A model generated the notes under the pieces. The model was not told the DNA's origin. It saw nothing but the letters and a program-made list of their open reading frames with translations, and searched no databases. A stretch of 64,000 nucleotides of DNA, taken from the NCBI GenBank assembly GCA_026914245.1, contig CP110439.1, positions 310,001-374,000 on the forward strand, read 5' to 3'. The DNA comes from Puccinia triticina. Taxonomy: Eukaryota. Made by a program: the position numbers and the translations under genes. Each line of letters opens with the position of its first letter. Positions within the stretch are counted from its first letter, which is position 1. This document shows positions 63,801-64,000 of the stretch, piece by piece.

Positions 63801-64000
63801 GACCTGAGTATGGTGTTTGTGTGTATGTAACTGACTGATTGTGTCTTGAAGGGGTTGTAACTTCTGATCCAGAGGGGTCTAAGGTGTGTTGTCCATGGTG
63901 TTGTGTAGCTTTGGCCGTAGAATCCAGTGGTGCTGCCATATTGGGTGATTTGTGAGTGTACAGTGGGTAGACAATTGTATCCACCACACTTTTTTGGGCT
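60830..64000. mobile_element. Right arm and continuation of the CpG-depleted foldback repeat, with nested inverted repeats
   Basis: Inverted homology to the left arm. An internal inverted pair ~61630-61780 versus ~63225-63345 (ccaccagctaaaatccctca / tgagggatttcagctggtgg). Confidence 0.6.
63549..63680. repeat. 10-bp-period minisatellite, consensus TGCATGACAC, about 13 degenerate units
   Basis: gcatgacatt gcatgacatt ... gtatgacact gtatgacact gcatgacact. Confidence 0.9.

Overview
Eukaryotic, intron-rich fungal DNA. Gene content, short GT-AG introns, microexons and CpG-depleted repeat islands point to a rust fungus (Pucciniales, probably Puccinia); the taxon is inferred. About 3-48 kb is a gene-dense block: ARF1, a PRELI/Ups protein, an acyltransferase, PEX13, a vacuolar membrane protein, TAD3, PPT1, RPB3, two tandem GH3 beta-glucosidases, an F-box protein and several orphan or secreted proteins. 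It includes a disabled AA9-LPMO/CFEM fusion gene. About 48.7-64 kb is CpG-depleted repeat DNA holding a full-length 8.3 kb Ty3/gypsy LTR retrotransposon on the minus strand (52490-60829). The element is the most unusual part of the window. It carries four copies of a structured, splice-site-bounded cassette of about 110 nt. Its primer-binding region is about 50 nt and matches the whole 3' part of mature tRNA-Tyr. It has an HIV-like -1 frameshift signal placed after the protease, TG...TA termini and a 4-bp TSD. It inserted at the dyad axis of a perfect 48-bp palindrome inside a larger foldback repeat. All calls are from reading the sequence by eye; no database searches were run.
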